From Octopus vulgaris (lineage: Eukaryota): 64,000 bases of DNA. Both the position numbers and the translations under genes were made by a program. The stretch's first letter is position 1; each line of letters starts with the position of its first letter. Under the pieces are notes generated by a model that was not told where the DNA came from, did not search any database, and saw only the letters and a list, made by a program, of their open reading frames with translations. This document shows positions 13,931-28,617 of this stretch, one piece after another. The stretch lies in assembly GCA_951406725.2 (NCBI GenBank), contig OX597836.1:41354001-41418000 (forward strand), in the 5' to 3' direction.

Positions 13931-15082
13931 TGAGAGCTCAAAATCTCTCGTGGAAGCGTCATCCAACCAAAGTACAAATATATGGGATGTTACCACCTGT
14001 ATCATCTCTTGTGAAAGGTAAGAGAGTCCAGTTTGCTGGACATTGTTGTAGAGCTGAAAACAAGGCAATTTCTACTCTTCTCCTCTGGAAGCCACCTGCT
14101 CGCGATACCAAAGGGCGCACACTCTCCTACCCTGATGTAATCTCCAGGGATACAGGCATCCAGCAACAGGACCTCCGTAATGCTATGATGGACCGTGAAG
14201 TCTGGCGTAACATAGTAAATTCCATTGTCTCGACCACGATCGAACAATGATGATGCTGTACGTATGTATGTATGAGGCGAGTGTAAGTTCCATCCAGCCA
14301 CCTCTCAAGCGGTTGGATGGAACTTAGACTCGTCTCCTTATGAGAGCTCAAAATCTCTCGTGGAAGCGCCATCCATCAAAAGTACAAATATATGGGAAAC
14401 TACCACCTGTGTCATCTCTTGTGAAAGGTAGAAGAGTTCAGTTTGCTGGACATTGTTGTAGAGCTGAAAACGAGGTAATTTCTACTCTTCTCCTCTGGAA
14501 GCCATCTGCTCGCGATACCAGAGGGCGCACACTCTCCTACCCTGATGTAATCTCCAGGGATACAGGCATCCAGCAACAGGACCTCCGTAGTGCTATGATG
14601 GACCGTGAAGTCTGGCGTAACATAGTAAATTCCATTGTCTCGACCACGATCGAACAATGATGATGCTGTACGTATGTATGTATGAGGCGAGTGTAAGTTC
14701 CATCCAGCCACCTCTCAAGCGGTTGGATGGAACTTAGACTCGTCTCCTTATGAGAGCTCAAAATCTCTCGTGGAAGCGCCATCCATCAAAAGTACAAATA
14801 TATGGGAAACTACCACCTGTGTCATCTCTTGTGAAAGGTAGAAGAGTTCAGTTTGCTGGACATTGTTGTAGAGCTGAAAACGAGGTAATTTCTACTCTTC
14901 TCCTCTGGAAGCCATCTGCTCGCGATACCAGAGGGCGCACACTCTCCTACCCTGATGTAATCTCCAGGGATACAGGCATCCAGCAACAGGGACCTCCGTA
15001 ATGCCATGATGGACCGTGAGGTCTAGCGTAGCATAGTAAATCCCATTGTCTCGACCACGGTCGAACAATGATATTGATGATG
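13931..15082 (+). mobile_element. Tandem triplication (410-bp period) of an RTE/RTE-X LINE 3' end
   Basis: Units start at 13931, 14341 and 14751. Each encodes RAQNLSWKRHP..VQFAGHCCR..LLWKP..GRTLSYPDVISRDTG..MMDREVWR followed by a (TGA)n tail. Confidence 0.85.
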
Positions 15083-15392
15083 CTGGTGGTGGTTTAGATC
15101 CTAATGGACCCCACTTCATCCCTTAGCAAAATGAGTTATTGTATCAATGCTGGATATCATTCTCAACACATCGATTCTATGTATCGATGAGCATTTCAGT
15201 TGAAGAAACAATAATAATAAATGAAATACATAAAAAAAATTGCCTCTTGCCAAAATCAAGAAAACTATAGAAAATGGCAGAAAAGAAATGGAAAAATCAG
15301 AAATAAAAGACAGGCATTTGGCACAAATTCCTGATCATTGTGTATTTTAGGGGTTCATATTTCTCTCCATTGTGCTCTGGTGGAATTACATG

Positions 15393-17405
<2,013 letters not shown>

Positions 17406-17664
17406 AAGGAGAGAGGGAGAGAGAGAAGGAGAGACGGGGTAGGGGAGAGTGGTTTAGAGTGCATCGCTTTAGTACAAAATGAAATGACATTGGGTGGAAT
17501 GAAAACCAAGTGGTTATGTAGGGAGAAAGAGGGGAAGGAAGAGATTCGAGATAGGGGATTAGAGTAGGAGGGAACGAGGGGGAAGAGAAGTGGCAGAAGT
17601 AGCATCATTATTGTTATGTGTTGCGCCCCCTACCTCATCCTTCGCCCTGGTGGCAAATAAAAGA

Positions 17665-18036
<372 letters not shown>

Positions 18037-18349
18037 ACACAAAGTCGTGAAGGAGCTGTCATGAAGAAAAGAGGAGCACAACAGCAACAGCGACAGCAAA
18101 AGCAACAACAACAATGTGTAAAAGAGAAGATTATTAAACTAAATCAACAGAGTGGAAAGAGCAAAGAGTCAAGAGATGCGGAGGCAGATCAATAAATGGG
18201 GGCAGGGGCTCTTTATTTCGTTTTTAGCTTTTTGGTTTTTCCCCCTTTTATTTCATTATTATTATTATTAGTTTTTTTTTCTTTTTTACTGAAGAATTGA
18301 TACCAGGAATGTTATTAAGTACTTCTCAATATGGTTTCAATAGTTTTCG

Positions 18350-18385
<36 letters not shown>

Positions 18386-18405
18386 TATATTTATTTTTTT
18401 AGGGG

Positions 18406-18436
<31 letters not shown>

Positions 18437-18669
18437 TGTATGTATGTATGTATGTGTGTGTGTGTGCGGGCGTGATTGGTGTGCATTTATGCATAAATAC
18501 ATACGCACAGACACATATATATACATATATATATATGTATGTATGTATATATATAATACATATACACATATATATGTATATATATTACATATATTTATAC
18601 ACACACACACACATATATATTCATATACACATATGAATAGGTATCTATCTATAAATTTATCTATCTGTC

Positions 18670-18716
<47 letters not shown>

Positions 18717-19106
18717 ACATATATGTATATATGTATATATATATGTATATACATATGTGTGTGTGTGTGAAGCACACTTGTTAATCTAGACAATAGCATT
18801 TCAGTTCATCTCAACGAGATATTTTAATCACTGAGAGTGCATATTTCAACAGGTACATCTACGTATTTATCTCCCCACCTCACACTCACCTGTATACTCA
18901 TATATATAGGTGCATGCATCTGTGCGTGACTGTTAGTGTATGCGCATGTGTGTGTGTGTGCGTGTGTATATATGGTTGTGTGTGCGCATAGGCAATAGCT
19001 CCCCAACAAACTGCAAGGAACTCAAGGAAAATATGACGAAACTAATAAAAAATGAGTTTAGCTGGAACATTGATAGGTTTTCCACACTATATATATATAT
19101 ATATGG

Positions 19107-19194
<88 letters not shown>

Positions 19195-19275
19195 CGATGG
19201 TTTTTGTTAACCAGCGCCGATTTTTAAAATTCTGGAAATAATAATAACAGTATTTTATATGCTTAGAGCTTATTA

Positions 19276-19350
<75 letters not shown>

Positions 19351-19367
19351 ATATATATCTATATATG

Positions 19368-19443
<76 letters not shown>

Positions 19444-19495
19444 GTGTATATATGTATATATATATATATATATATACACATATGCACATGCAAAC

Positions 19496-19526
<31 letters not shown>

Positions 19527-19851
19527 TGTATATATATATGCATGTATGTATATGTAAACATTTAAGTATATATACATGTGTGCGACTGTATGTGCGTGTG
19601 TGTGTGTGTGTGTTATGTGTGTGTGTGTTAGCATGTGTGTGTGTTTGTATGCTTGTGTGTATGTGTTTTCATTAGTTACATGACACATAGCAGGATATAA
19701 AATTATTTACATAAATGTATTGATTTCGTTCGAAGACTGTAGATTTATATATTTGAGCGAAATTCACTCGAGTTCTGTGTTGCGTTCTTTGACATTTTCT
19801 GGCTTGAATCCTGTCAAGGAGGGCTTTACCTTCCATCGTTTAATAAAACCG

Positions 19852-20172
19852 GCACTCCGTCGGTTACGACGACGAGTGTTCTAGAGCTGATCCGATGAAC
19901 GGAACAGCCTGTTCGTGAAATTAACTTGCAAGTGGCTGAGCACTCCACAGACACGCGTACTCTTAACGTAGTTCTCGGGGGATTCAGTGTGACACAGAGT
20001 GTAACAAGGCTGACCCTTTTGAATTACAGGTACTAATTGATTTTGCCAGCCGTGTGAACTGGAGCATTGCGAAATAAAATGACTTGCTCATCGATATAAC
20101 GCGTCGCTGGGAATCGAACTCACGACCCAACGATTGTGAGGCGAATATCCTAATCACTTAGGCACGTGCCAT
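19852..20172 (-). mobile_element. Older tRNA-SINE with a different head and body but tail type 2
   Basis: Tail gcactccgtcggttacgacgacga...gtggctgagcactccacagacac is shared with family B tail 2. The body has a CORE-like gagcaagtcattt. Confidence 0.75.
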
Positions 20173-20260
20173 CACATCGTTTCATAACCAATTAATTGGA
20201 ATACTAGTGATATGGTGGGGTTCAGTGCACCCCTGGTACTTAACGTGTAGGCTCCTATCA

Positions 20261-20400
<140 letters not shown>

Positions 20401-20468
20401 CTCTCTCTCTCTCTCTCTGTATATATATTAGTAACTAAAGCGATAAGTAATACCGAGTATATAGATAA

Positions 20469-20520
<52 letters not shown>

Positions 20521-20731
20521 CGGAGATGTACTTGCATAGCAAGTGACCTGATCTGAGATCGTGTGCTGGAACGAAAACAATTGCAGCGTGGAAGGTGTTT
20601 ATAAGCCATTTTAGAAGCGCACAAAAACCGTAAGATTCACTTCAACATTTAAATTTAATTTGTCAAAATATTTTCGTTGCTTTGAGACCGTGACCTCTTC
20701 ACTGACAAAATTCCGTGCTGCATCTCGGAAT

Positions 20732-20782
20732 TTTTTCAGTGAGCAGGTCGCGGTCTCAATGCAACGAAAATATTTTGACAAA
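20732..20782 (+). ncRNA. Type I hammerhead motif, G3-C8 variant (mirror copy 20659-20709 on - strand)
   Basis: ttt.tca GUGAGCA g gtcgc..gcaac GAAA atat UU tgacaaa. Confidence 0.6.
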
Positions 20783-20915
20783 TTAAATTTAAATGTTGAA
20801 GTGAATCTTACGGTTTTTGTGTGTTTCTTAAATGACTTATAAACACCTTACCGCGTGTGTACCGTTTGCGATTTTTTTCCCTCCGTCTTCCCTTCCTTGG
20901 ATCTTTCCTTTTCCT

Positions 20916-20952
20916 ATGTTTCTGACGAAGAGCTCCGCTCGAAACGTTAAAT
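20916..20952 (+). ncRNA. Minimal type I hammerhead motif in a ~205-bp repeat (20850-21056)
   Basis: ttt CUGACGA a gagc-tcc-gctc GAAA cg UU aaa; the same element occurs at 50122-50323 and 58230-58428. Confidence 0.7.
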
Positions 20953-21050
20953 CCTCCTTCTTTCTTTCATTTCCTGAGCGCCCAATAACACTATACTTGT
21001 TCCACGTCCCCGCGATGTTGTGTTTTCTCTTTGTGTTTTCATGTTTGGAT

Positions 21051-21095
<45 letters not shown>

Positions 21096-21122
21096 ATATA
21101 TATATATTTATTTTATAGAAGG

Positions 21123-21173
21123 AGCTTCTACAGGACTAGAACTGTTTCATTCAAATGAAATCATCAGGAAGTT
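21123..21173 (-). ncRNA. Type I hammerhead ribozyme motif
   Basis: cttc CUGAUGA U ttc-attt-gaa U GAAA cag..ctg UA gaag. Confidence 0.75.
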
Positions 21174-21568
21174 TGGTGTCAAGAATAGTTTTGGCATTTA
21201 TACATTTAGGCAGATTTAATGGGGTGGTGGTGCGGGACATTTTTGGGGTAAGCTGGGCACAAACTGTCTTTCTTAGGGGAGTGGTCAAAAGAATCAGTGA
21301 TAAAGTAAATAAATGAATAAATAGAATAATTGAATAGAGTTTTAGGTAAATTAGAAGACTATCGCTTATATATATATATATATATACATATACACACATA
21401 CATATATATATATATATACTACTCATACATACACACACACATATATACATATATATACAGATACACATACACATACATGCCAACATGCAAGCACACGCAC
21501 ACATATCTACACACACATATATATAAAAGAATATACACACCCATACACACACACACATATACATACAC

Positions 21569-21660
<92 letters not shown>

Positions 21661-22040
21661 ATACATGCACATATATACACACATATATGTGTGTGTATAT
21701 GTGTGTGCATGTGTTTGCATGTTGGCATGTATGTGTATGTGTATTTGTATATATGTGTATGTATATATATGTGTGTGTGTATATGTATGTGTATGTGTGT
21801 GTATGTATGTGTATGTATATATGTGTGTATATATATATATATATATAAGCGATAGTCTTCTTATTTACCTAAAACTCTATTCAATTATTCTATTTATTCA
21901 TTTATTTACTTTATCACTGATTCTTTTGACCACTCCCCTAAGAAAGACAGTTTGTGCCCTGCTTACCCAAAAAATGTCCCCCACCACCACCCCATTAAAC
22001 CTGCCTAAATGTATAAATGCCAAAACTTATTTTGACAGCA

Positions 22041-22091
22041 AGCTTCCTGATGATTTCATTTGAATGAAACAGTTCTAGTCCTGTAGAGGCT
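22041..22091 (+). ncRNA. Type I hammerhead ribozyme motif
   Basis: agcttc CUGAUGA U ttc-attt-gaa U GAAA cag-ttctagtc-ctg UA gaggct; complete core and three stems. Confidence 0.8.
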
Positions 22092-22108
22092 CCTTCTATA
22101 AAATAAAT

Positions 22109-22208
22109 NNNNNNNNNNNNNNNNNNNNNNNNNNNNNNNNNNNNNNNNNNNNNNNNNNNNNNNNNNNNNNNNNNNNNNNNNNNNNNNNNNNNNNNNNNNN
22201 NNNNNNNN
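22109..22208. other. Assembly gap (100 N)
   Basis: Run of N. Confidence 1.
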
Positions 22209-22318
22209 ACCCCAACGAATTTGGTAGTAGTCCTTCATGAGTATAAAAATTTGTCTATGGTGGTGTTGTATAAGTGGAACCAAATTATTAAATTCAAAGA
22301 GGTTATCTATATTAATCA

Positions 22319-22804
22319 TCATTCATATGAGTGAAAGGTGTGTTTCTGCCAGTGCATGCACCTATAGGATTTTTCAACCATTGTATTTACTAAAGGGAAT
22401 TTGGCGAAAAGTATATGGAAAAGTTCGGAATTACAGACGCCACAAAATTTTCTGCCCTTATCAAACGGAAAGGATACAGACAATATGGACCATTCCAGCT
22501 TGAAAGTTATATTGCTGTCCTTAAGACGCCAAACTAATTTACTTAGTCCTGTGCTTTGTTGTTTTCTCTTATCTCGGAAAGTTGAATAATGATTGGAAAT
22601 CCTCTGGGCTAATTTAGAAGTAGTAGCCCCAATGTAGAAGAAGACATCGGTACCGGAAGAAATTTTACACTGGTAAATGGAATTTCTAATTTTGGAATTG
22701 CTAGACAAGAACTTTAATCTGTTAGGGTTTACCTCCGAGACTAAGACGGAGTTTTTATTGTTATGATTGCTGTTAATATTAATATTATTGCTAGCATTGA
22801 CCAC
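22319..22804 (-). pseudogene. PLE GIY-YIG endonuclease coding region
   Basis: IYQC...FYIGAT...R...H motif, followed by SKLVWRLKD..I.FKLEWSIL and a C-terminal Cys/His motif. Confidence 0.85.
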
Positions 22805-23045
22805 TATACTATTCCTATTATTGTCATTACTATTAATTGTACTATCGTCGGCAATTTCCCTGACTATAGGGATGCTGGGGTTGTTATCATCAATACTACC
22901 ACTGTTATTAGAAATGCTGTCGTTACTACCACTAACACTACCACTGTTAATAATCCGACTAATACTATTATTAATATTACCATTGTTAATGACAACGCTG
23001 CTATGAATGTTGCTATTATCAATACTATTTCTATTATTATTATTA

Positions 23046-24260
23046 TTATTGTATGTTTGGTTGGAATTGGTTTAGCAGCTTGTTATTATGGGAGGCAATA
23101 ATTTGCGATAGATTTCTAGTGTTAGAGAATGCAATCCTTACCTTATGCGAATTGATAGTAGAGTAATACCTAGAATTCCTGGGAAAGTTCCTAGCTACGG
23201 CTTCACGGAACTGTAAAGGAAGGTTTGACCTGATTTGTTTCCCGAAAGGTATGACAAACCAGATATAGTTTTTTGTGGACTTAGAATTGTTCAGAGTGTT
23301 ACCATTTACATTAAAGGGAATATTTTTGTGCTGGAAAATTGGTGTTGGTTGCCGATTGCCTCCCCTGGTCCGTAAATTATTTTTCTTAAGTATAGTGGTG
23401 TCGACGTTGTTAGAGCTGAAATCATTATTCATACTATTTCTATTGTTATTAGTTTTCTTATCCTGAGAAGCATATATTGGTTTAGAATGGGTCGGGTCGA
23501 TATATGATACTTTATCTCTATAACCGGCTTTTGACAAGGCGGCGTTATAAAATTCCGCTTTTTGGTTAAAGATGTCGACATTAGCAGATAATTTTGACAG
23601 TCTTAAAGAAATATTTTTAACTAAATTATCGGTAATAGTTTTGGCATGGTTACTGAAAATGCTGATATATTTAAGATTAGTAGAAGGCTTATGATAAGGG
23701 AAGTAATAATTATTCTGCAGATTTAGGGTAACATCTAAGAAGTTGGCTTTAGTTAATTCGTCGTCGAAAACTATGCTCAAGCCCATTCTGCTAAAAAATC
23801 TAGCTAATCTGTTTTTAGTCTTCTGTATCTTATTGTTCGGAGCATTCTGTAGGTAAAGTAGACAATCGTCTCGATATAGACCGCCGCAGTTGTCCGGGAA
23901 TTGGTCGGCCAATTCATAGAGAATATAGATTCCGACCAAATCGGCTATCTGGGCGCTCTCTGTATTTCCCATTAGCACATCGAACGCGTTGGGGGTATCT
24001 CTGCGGACGCATAACTTATCATCGAACTGTATGAAAGATTTTCCTCCCTGGAAAGGCCTGCCTTATTATGTGCGTGCCAAAGGGCCTTATTGAGTACACT
24101 AGGGTTGATCGAAGTGTAGAAACTAGATATATCGAATTGAATGAATTTCGTGTTGTCCTTATTAGTAATAGAAGTAAACCACTCTACGACTTTAGTGGAG
24201 TTAGACCATAAGCTGAGTTTTAACTTATTGATTAATATAGGTATGGCTTCTTGCCACATA
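23046..24260 (-). pseudogene. PLE reverse transcriptase coding region (frameshifted near 23975)
   Basis: YRDD catalytic motif and PLE-type upstream motifs are split across two frames. Confidence 0.85.
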
Positions 24261-24550
24261 TAGCTTCTGTCTTTACACATCGACCGCCTGATGAGACACA
24301 CAGTTCTCGAAACAGAACGTTCTGATGCTGAAGAATAGCTCGAGATGAGATCATGTCTTTTTCGTTTATATAAAGTATCAGAAGTTAACTCTTTCCCTCT
24401 AGAAGTTCACTTCATAAATTAGAGCCATATTCTCCCCACTCCAAATTCATATCATATAAGATAAATTTTGGTTCTCATATAATAATAACTTGCTAACACA
24501 AATTATGACGTGTCATGTGGAGCCGTACATGTAGGCCTTATAGATCATAG

Positions 24551-24941
24551 GTGGAGCTGCAATGGCCCAGTGGTTAGGGCAGCCGACTCGCGGTCGGAGG
24601 ATCGCGGTTTCGATTCCCAGACCGGGCGTTGTGAGTGTTTATTGAGCGAAAACACCTAAAGCTCCACGAGGCTCCGGCAGGGGATGGTGGTGATCCCTGC
24701 TGTACTCTTTCACCACAACTTTCTCTCACTCTTACTTCCTGTTTCTGTTGTACCTGTATTTCAAAGGGGCCGGCCTTGTCACTCTCTGTGTCACGCTGAA
24801 TATCCCCGAGAACTACGTTAAGGGTACACGTGTCTGTAGAGTGCTCAGTCACTTGCACGTTAATTTCACGAGCAGGCTGTTCCGTTGATCGGATCAACCG
24901 GAACCCTCGTCGTCGTAACCGACGGAGTGCTTCCATCCATC
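24551..24941 (+). mobile_element. SINE family B, tail type 2
   Basis: Tail ends aaccgacggagtgcttccatcca; 11-bp TSD atagatcatag. Confidence 0.9.
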
Positions 24942-25199
24942 CATAGATCATAGATGCATGTGTTTGTGCAAATAGGGAACTGGTTTTCGTTAAAGACACC
25001 ATAGTATTTCTATGAGCCTTTGTGACCTACATTAAACCGCGGAAAAAAACACGCCATTATCATCATGATTTTATTCTGCTGGTGAAGCCGATGCCCAAAC
25101 TTGAAAACAGTCATCTTTTCAATATGATACACATTTTATGTCGTTTTGTCACCACAAATCGAAATATACAAATTTCTTTTGTGAACGTGGATGTCCTAT

Positions 25200-25273
25200 T
25201 CTTTTATTCTTTTATTCTTTTACATGTTTCAGTCATTTGACTGTGGCCATTATTATTATAAAATTATTATTAA

Positions 25274-25307
<34 letters not shown>

Positions 25308-25710
25308 TTTACTCTTTTACATGTTTCAGTCATTTGACTGTGGCCATGCTGGAGCACCGCCTTTAATCGAGCAAATCGACCCCGGGACTTATTCTTTGTA
25401 AGCCCAGTACTTATTCTATCGGTCTCTTTTGCCGAACCGCTAAGTGACGGGGACGTAAACACACCAGCATTGGTTGTCAAGCGATGCTAGGGGTACAAAC
25501 ACTGACACACAAACACATACACATACATACATATACATATATATACATATATACGACGGGCTTCTTTCAGTTTCCGTCTACCAAATCCACTCACAAGGCA
25601 TTGGTCGGCCCGGGGCTATAGCAGAAGACACTTGCCCAAGATGCCACGCAGTGGGACCTAACCCGGAACTATGTGGTTGGTTAGCAAGCTACTTACCACA
25701 TAGCCACTCC
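25200..25710 (-). mobile_element. SINE family A with duplicated 3' tail
   Basis: The tail segment ttttacatgtttcagtcatttgactgtggccat is present twice (about 25218 and about 25315). Confidence 0.85.
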
Positions 25711-26020
25711 AATATATTGGAATTTATTTAAGACTTTGAAAACGCCTTGCAATTGTTAGACGATCTATTTTCATACGTTACAACCAAATTACTTTAATTA
25801 GAAATATTGAATTTCTAAATGTCTCAGAGAGACATGAGCGGTGGTGGAGCGATAGAGTGGTTGTATACCGTCAACTCAACGTGACAGTCCCGTAAAGGGA
25901 ATTACACCACCGCTATTTAGCCCTAGGAAGCATCGACGCTTCCTGTCGGCTTTGACACATTTCTTCTGTCCTTATATTCGCAAAGGGGAGGCAAGCACCC
26001 CCACCAGCTAGGATTAGCAC

Positions 26021-26066
26021 GTGAAGACATGCATGTTTCTGAGTACTTTCCTCGTCATCAGTCCGG
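26021..26066 (-). ncRNA. Type I hammerhead ribozyme motif
   Basis: gga CUGAUGA c gag..ctc a GAAA catgcatg UC ttc; palindromic stem III. Confidence 0.65.
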
Positions 26067-26473
26067 GGTAGTCAGTCCTGCTAGCTGAGATACTTGCCAA
26101 GCCTTCGCAGATATATATATATATATACAGTGAAATTTATTCACTGGTCACCGTAATTAGAAATATTGAATTCCTAAATGTCTCAAAGAGACATGAGCGG
26201 TGGTCGAGATATCAAATTACTTTGATATCTCGATACTTAGATAAGTTTCGACCAGAATTGGTCCAGGCCATGACTAGCTTTATAGCACCACTTGGAAAAA
26301 ACATTTAAGGATGTTTTATATTCTATTCTTTGGGCACCATAACCCATTTAAGTAAAGAGTAATTGTTTGCGGAGATATAGCTGAGTGTTTGTGGTATATC
26401 TGGAATATGCTGGAGATATTCATTCAAGAACTGTTTGAATGTTATGTGGCCTATACGTGTATACATGTATGTG

Positions 26474-26887
26474 TTTCTTTATTACCCACAAGGGGCTAAA
26501 CATAGAGGGGACAAACAAGGACAGGCAAACGGATTAAGACGATTACATCGACCCCAGTGCGTAACTGGTACTTAATTTATTGACCCCGAAAGGATGAAAG
26601 GCAAAGTCGACCTCAGCAGAATTTGAACTCAGAACGTAGCGGCAGATGAAATACCTATTTCTTTACTACCCACAAGGGGCTAAACACAGAAAGGACAAAC
26701 AAGGACAGGCAAACGGATTAAGTCGATTACATCGACCCCAGTGCGTAACTGGTACTTAATTTATCGACCCCGAAAGGATGAAAGGCAAAGTCGACCTCAG
26801 CGGAATTTGAACTCACAACGTAACGGCAGACGAAATACCGCTAAGCATTTCTCCCGGCGTGCTAACGGTTCCGCCAGCTCGCCGCCT
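26474..26887 (-). mobile_element. SINE family C with tandemly duplicated 3' part
   Basis: Two consecutive bodies (26474-26655 and 26656-26887). Confidence 0.88.
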
Positions 26888-26900
26888 TAAAATGTATACA

Positions 26901-26931
<31 letters not shown>

Positions 26932-26935
26932 TTGT

Positions 26936-26979
<44 letters not shown>

Positions 26980-27011
26980 GTGAGTGTGTGTGCGCACGCA
27001 TGTATGTATGC

Positions 27012-27247
27012 GGCGTGCTGGCAGAATCGTTAGCACGCGGGGCGAAATGCGTAGCCGTATTTCCTTTGCCGTTACGTTCTGAGTTCAAATTCCGCCGAGG
27101 TCGACTTTACCTTTCATCCTTTCGGGGTCGATAAATTAAGTACCAGTTACGTACTGGGGTCGACATAATCGACTTAATCCGTTTGTCTGTCCTTGTTTGT
27201 TCCCTCTGTGTTTAGCCCCTTGAGGGTAGTAAAGAACTAGAAATAGG
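27012..27247 (+). mobile_element. SINE family C
   Basis: Full head, core and tail. Confidence 0.9.
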
Positions 27248-27920
27248 TATTCTGCAAGGTCCCGTGTATCCCTCCTCTTTCATAAGGCCTATGATTCCAA
27301 AGGGATTTAGCTGCTGTTTCATTAACTTTTTGATAGAATGCCTTTCAGATCGATCAATCTACTAACATACATTTAAAAGCATCGATCGAAACGGTGCTAT
27401 CAGCTTTGGTGGATTCCTATGTACTTTCCAATAATTGATCTCTCATCCGAAATCAATAACTGCCAATTCATATATCAGATATTTTTTTCTTTAGTAATCT
27501 AACATTTTTATTTCATTTCGTTAATTATAATTATTGATTTAGTAAGGTTGGTACAATCATACAAATTGGCGGCAGAGGATAGTGAGCGGGGATAGTGAAG
27601 AGTATATTCTGATGGATAGAATGAATCCTGGTACGTAACTAGTAATTATTTTATCGGTTCTCGAGGGTTGAAAAGCCAAAGTCATCTTCCGAGTAACGAT
27701 TTGAACTCAGTACATTCCACACGAACGAACACAGTTGCGGCAGTAACGTATATGTATGTATAAGTATATAAGTATATATATATATATATATAAGTTCAGC
27801 AAAATTTAGATTCAGATGAATATGGTACTTAAGTCAAAGGCACCAGAATTTTGTATGGTATTATCCATATAAATCCATGGGGCGATTACAGTCAAAATAA
27901 TAAACAAGTATATCCAAGGT

Positions 27921-28012
27921 AATGTGGTACGATCGTTTCATGCTACTTCATTTTATTAAACACTGTAAGCATTACATCAGTTTTAAAATGTCGAGCAATC
28001 TTCAGCCACATT
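27921..28012 (-). ncRNA. Type I hammerhead ribozyme motif
   Basis: aatgtgg CUGAAGA U tgct..agca U GAAA cgatcg UA ccacatt; perfect 7-bp stem I and palindromic stem III. Confidence 0.8.
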
Positions 28013-28184
28013 TAGAAATTTTCCAATCAAACGGACAATGCACATTCTTATCCCTATTTCGTTTGCCAACATTATAAAGAGGGTAGATATACAGACAGAG
28101 AGGTTGATTTCATTCTTAAGAACATGAGAGTATTAAATCATCTCGGTTATACTTGTTGCTTATTTTGATTATATATATATATAC

Positions 28185-28264
<80 letters not shown>

Positions 28265-28266
<2 letters not shown>

Positions 28267-28428
28267 GACGGGCTTCTTTCAATTTCCGTCTACCAAATCC
28301 ACTCACAAGGCTTTGGTCGGCCCGAGACTATAGTAGAAGACACTTGCCAATGGTGCCACGCAGTAGGACTGAACCCGGAACCATACGGTTCGTAAGCAAG
28401 CTACTTACCACACAGCCACTCCTGCGCC
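28265..28428 (-). mobile_element. SINE family A, 5' half
   Basis: Head present; broken at the internal (TA)n. Confidence 0.85.
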
Positions 28429-28475
28429 TACATATGTATAAATATATACATACAAACATACATACATGCCTACAT

Positions 28476-28617
<142 letters not shown>

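Larger units (their letters stand above)
22209..24262 (-). mobile_element. 5'-truncated Penelope-like retroelement (RT + GIY-YIG endonuclease), disrupted
   Basis: RT motifs FIQFDISSFYTSI (ORF 23972-24301) and MG..ESAQIADLVGIYIL..GGLYRDDCL..NFLDVTL..YFPYHKP (ORF 23046-23978). GIY-YIG NSIYQCKI..FYIGAT..RISNH and a C-terminal C.vC..E...I.....C.H motif (ORF 22319-22804). The element abuts the N gap. Confidence 0.92.
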
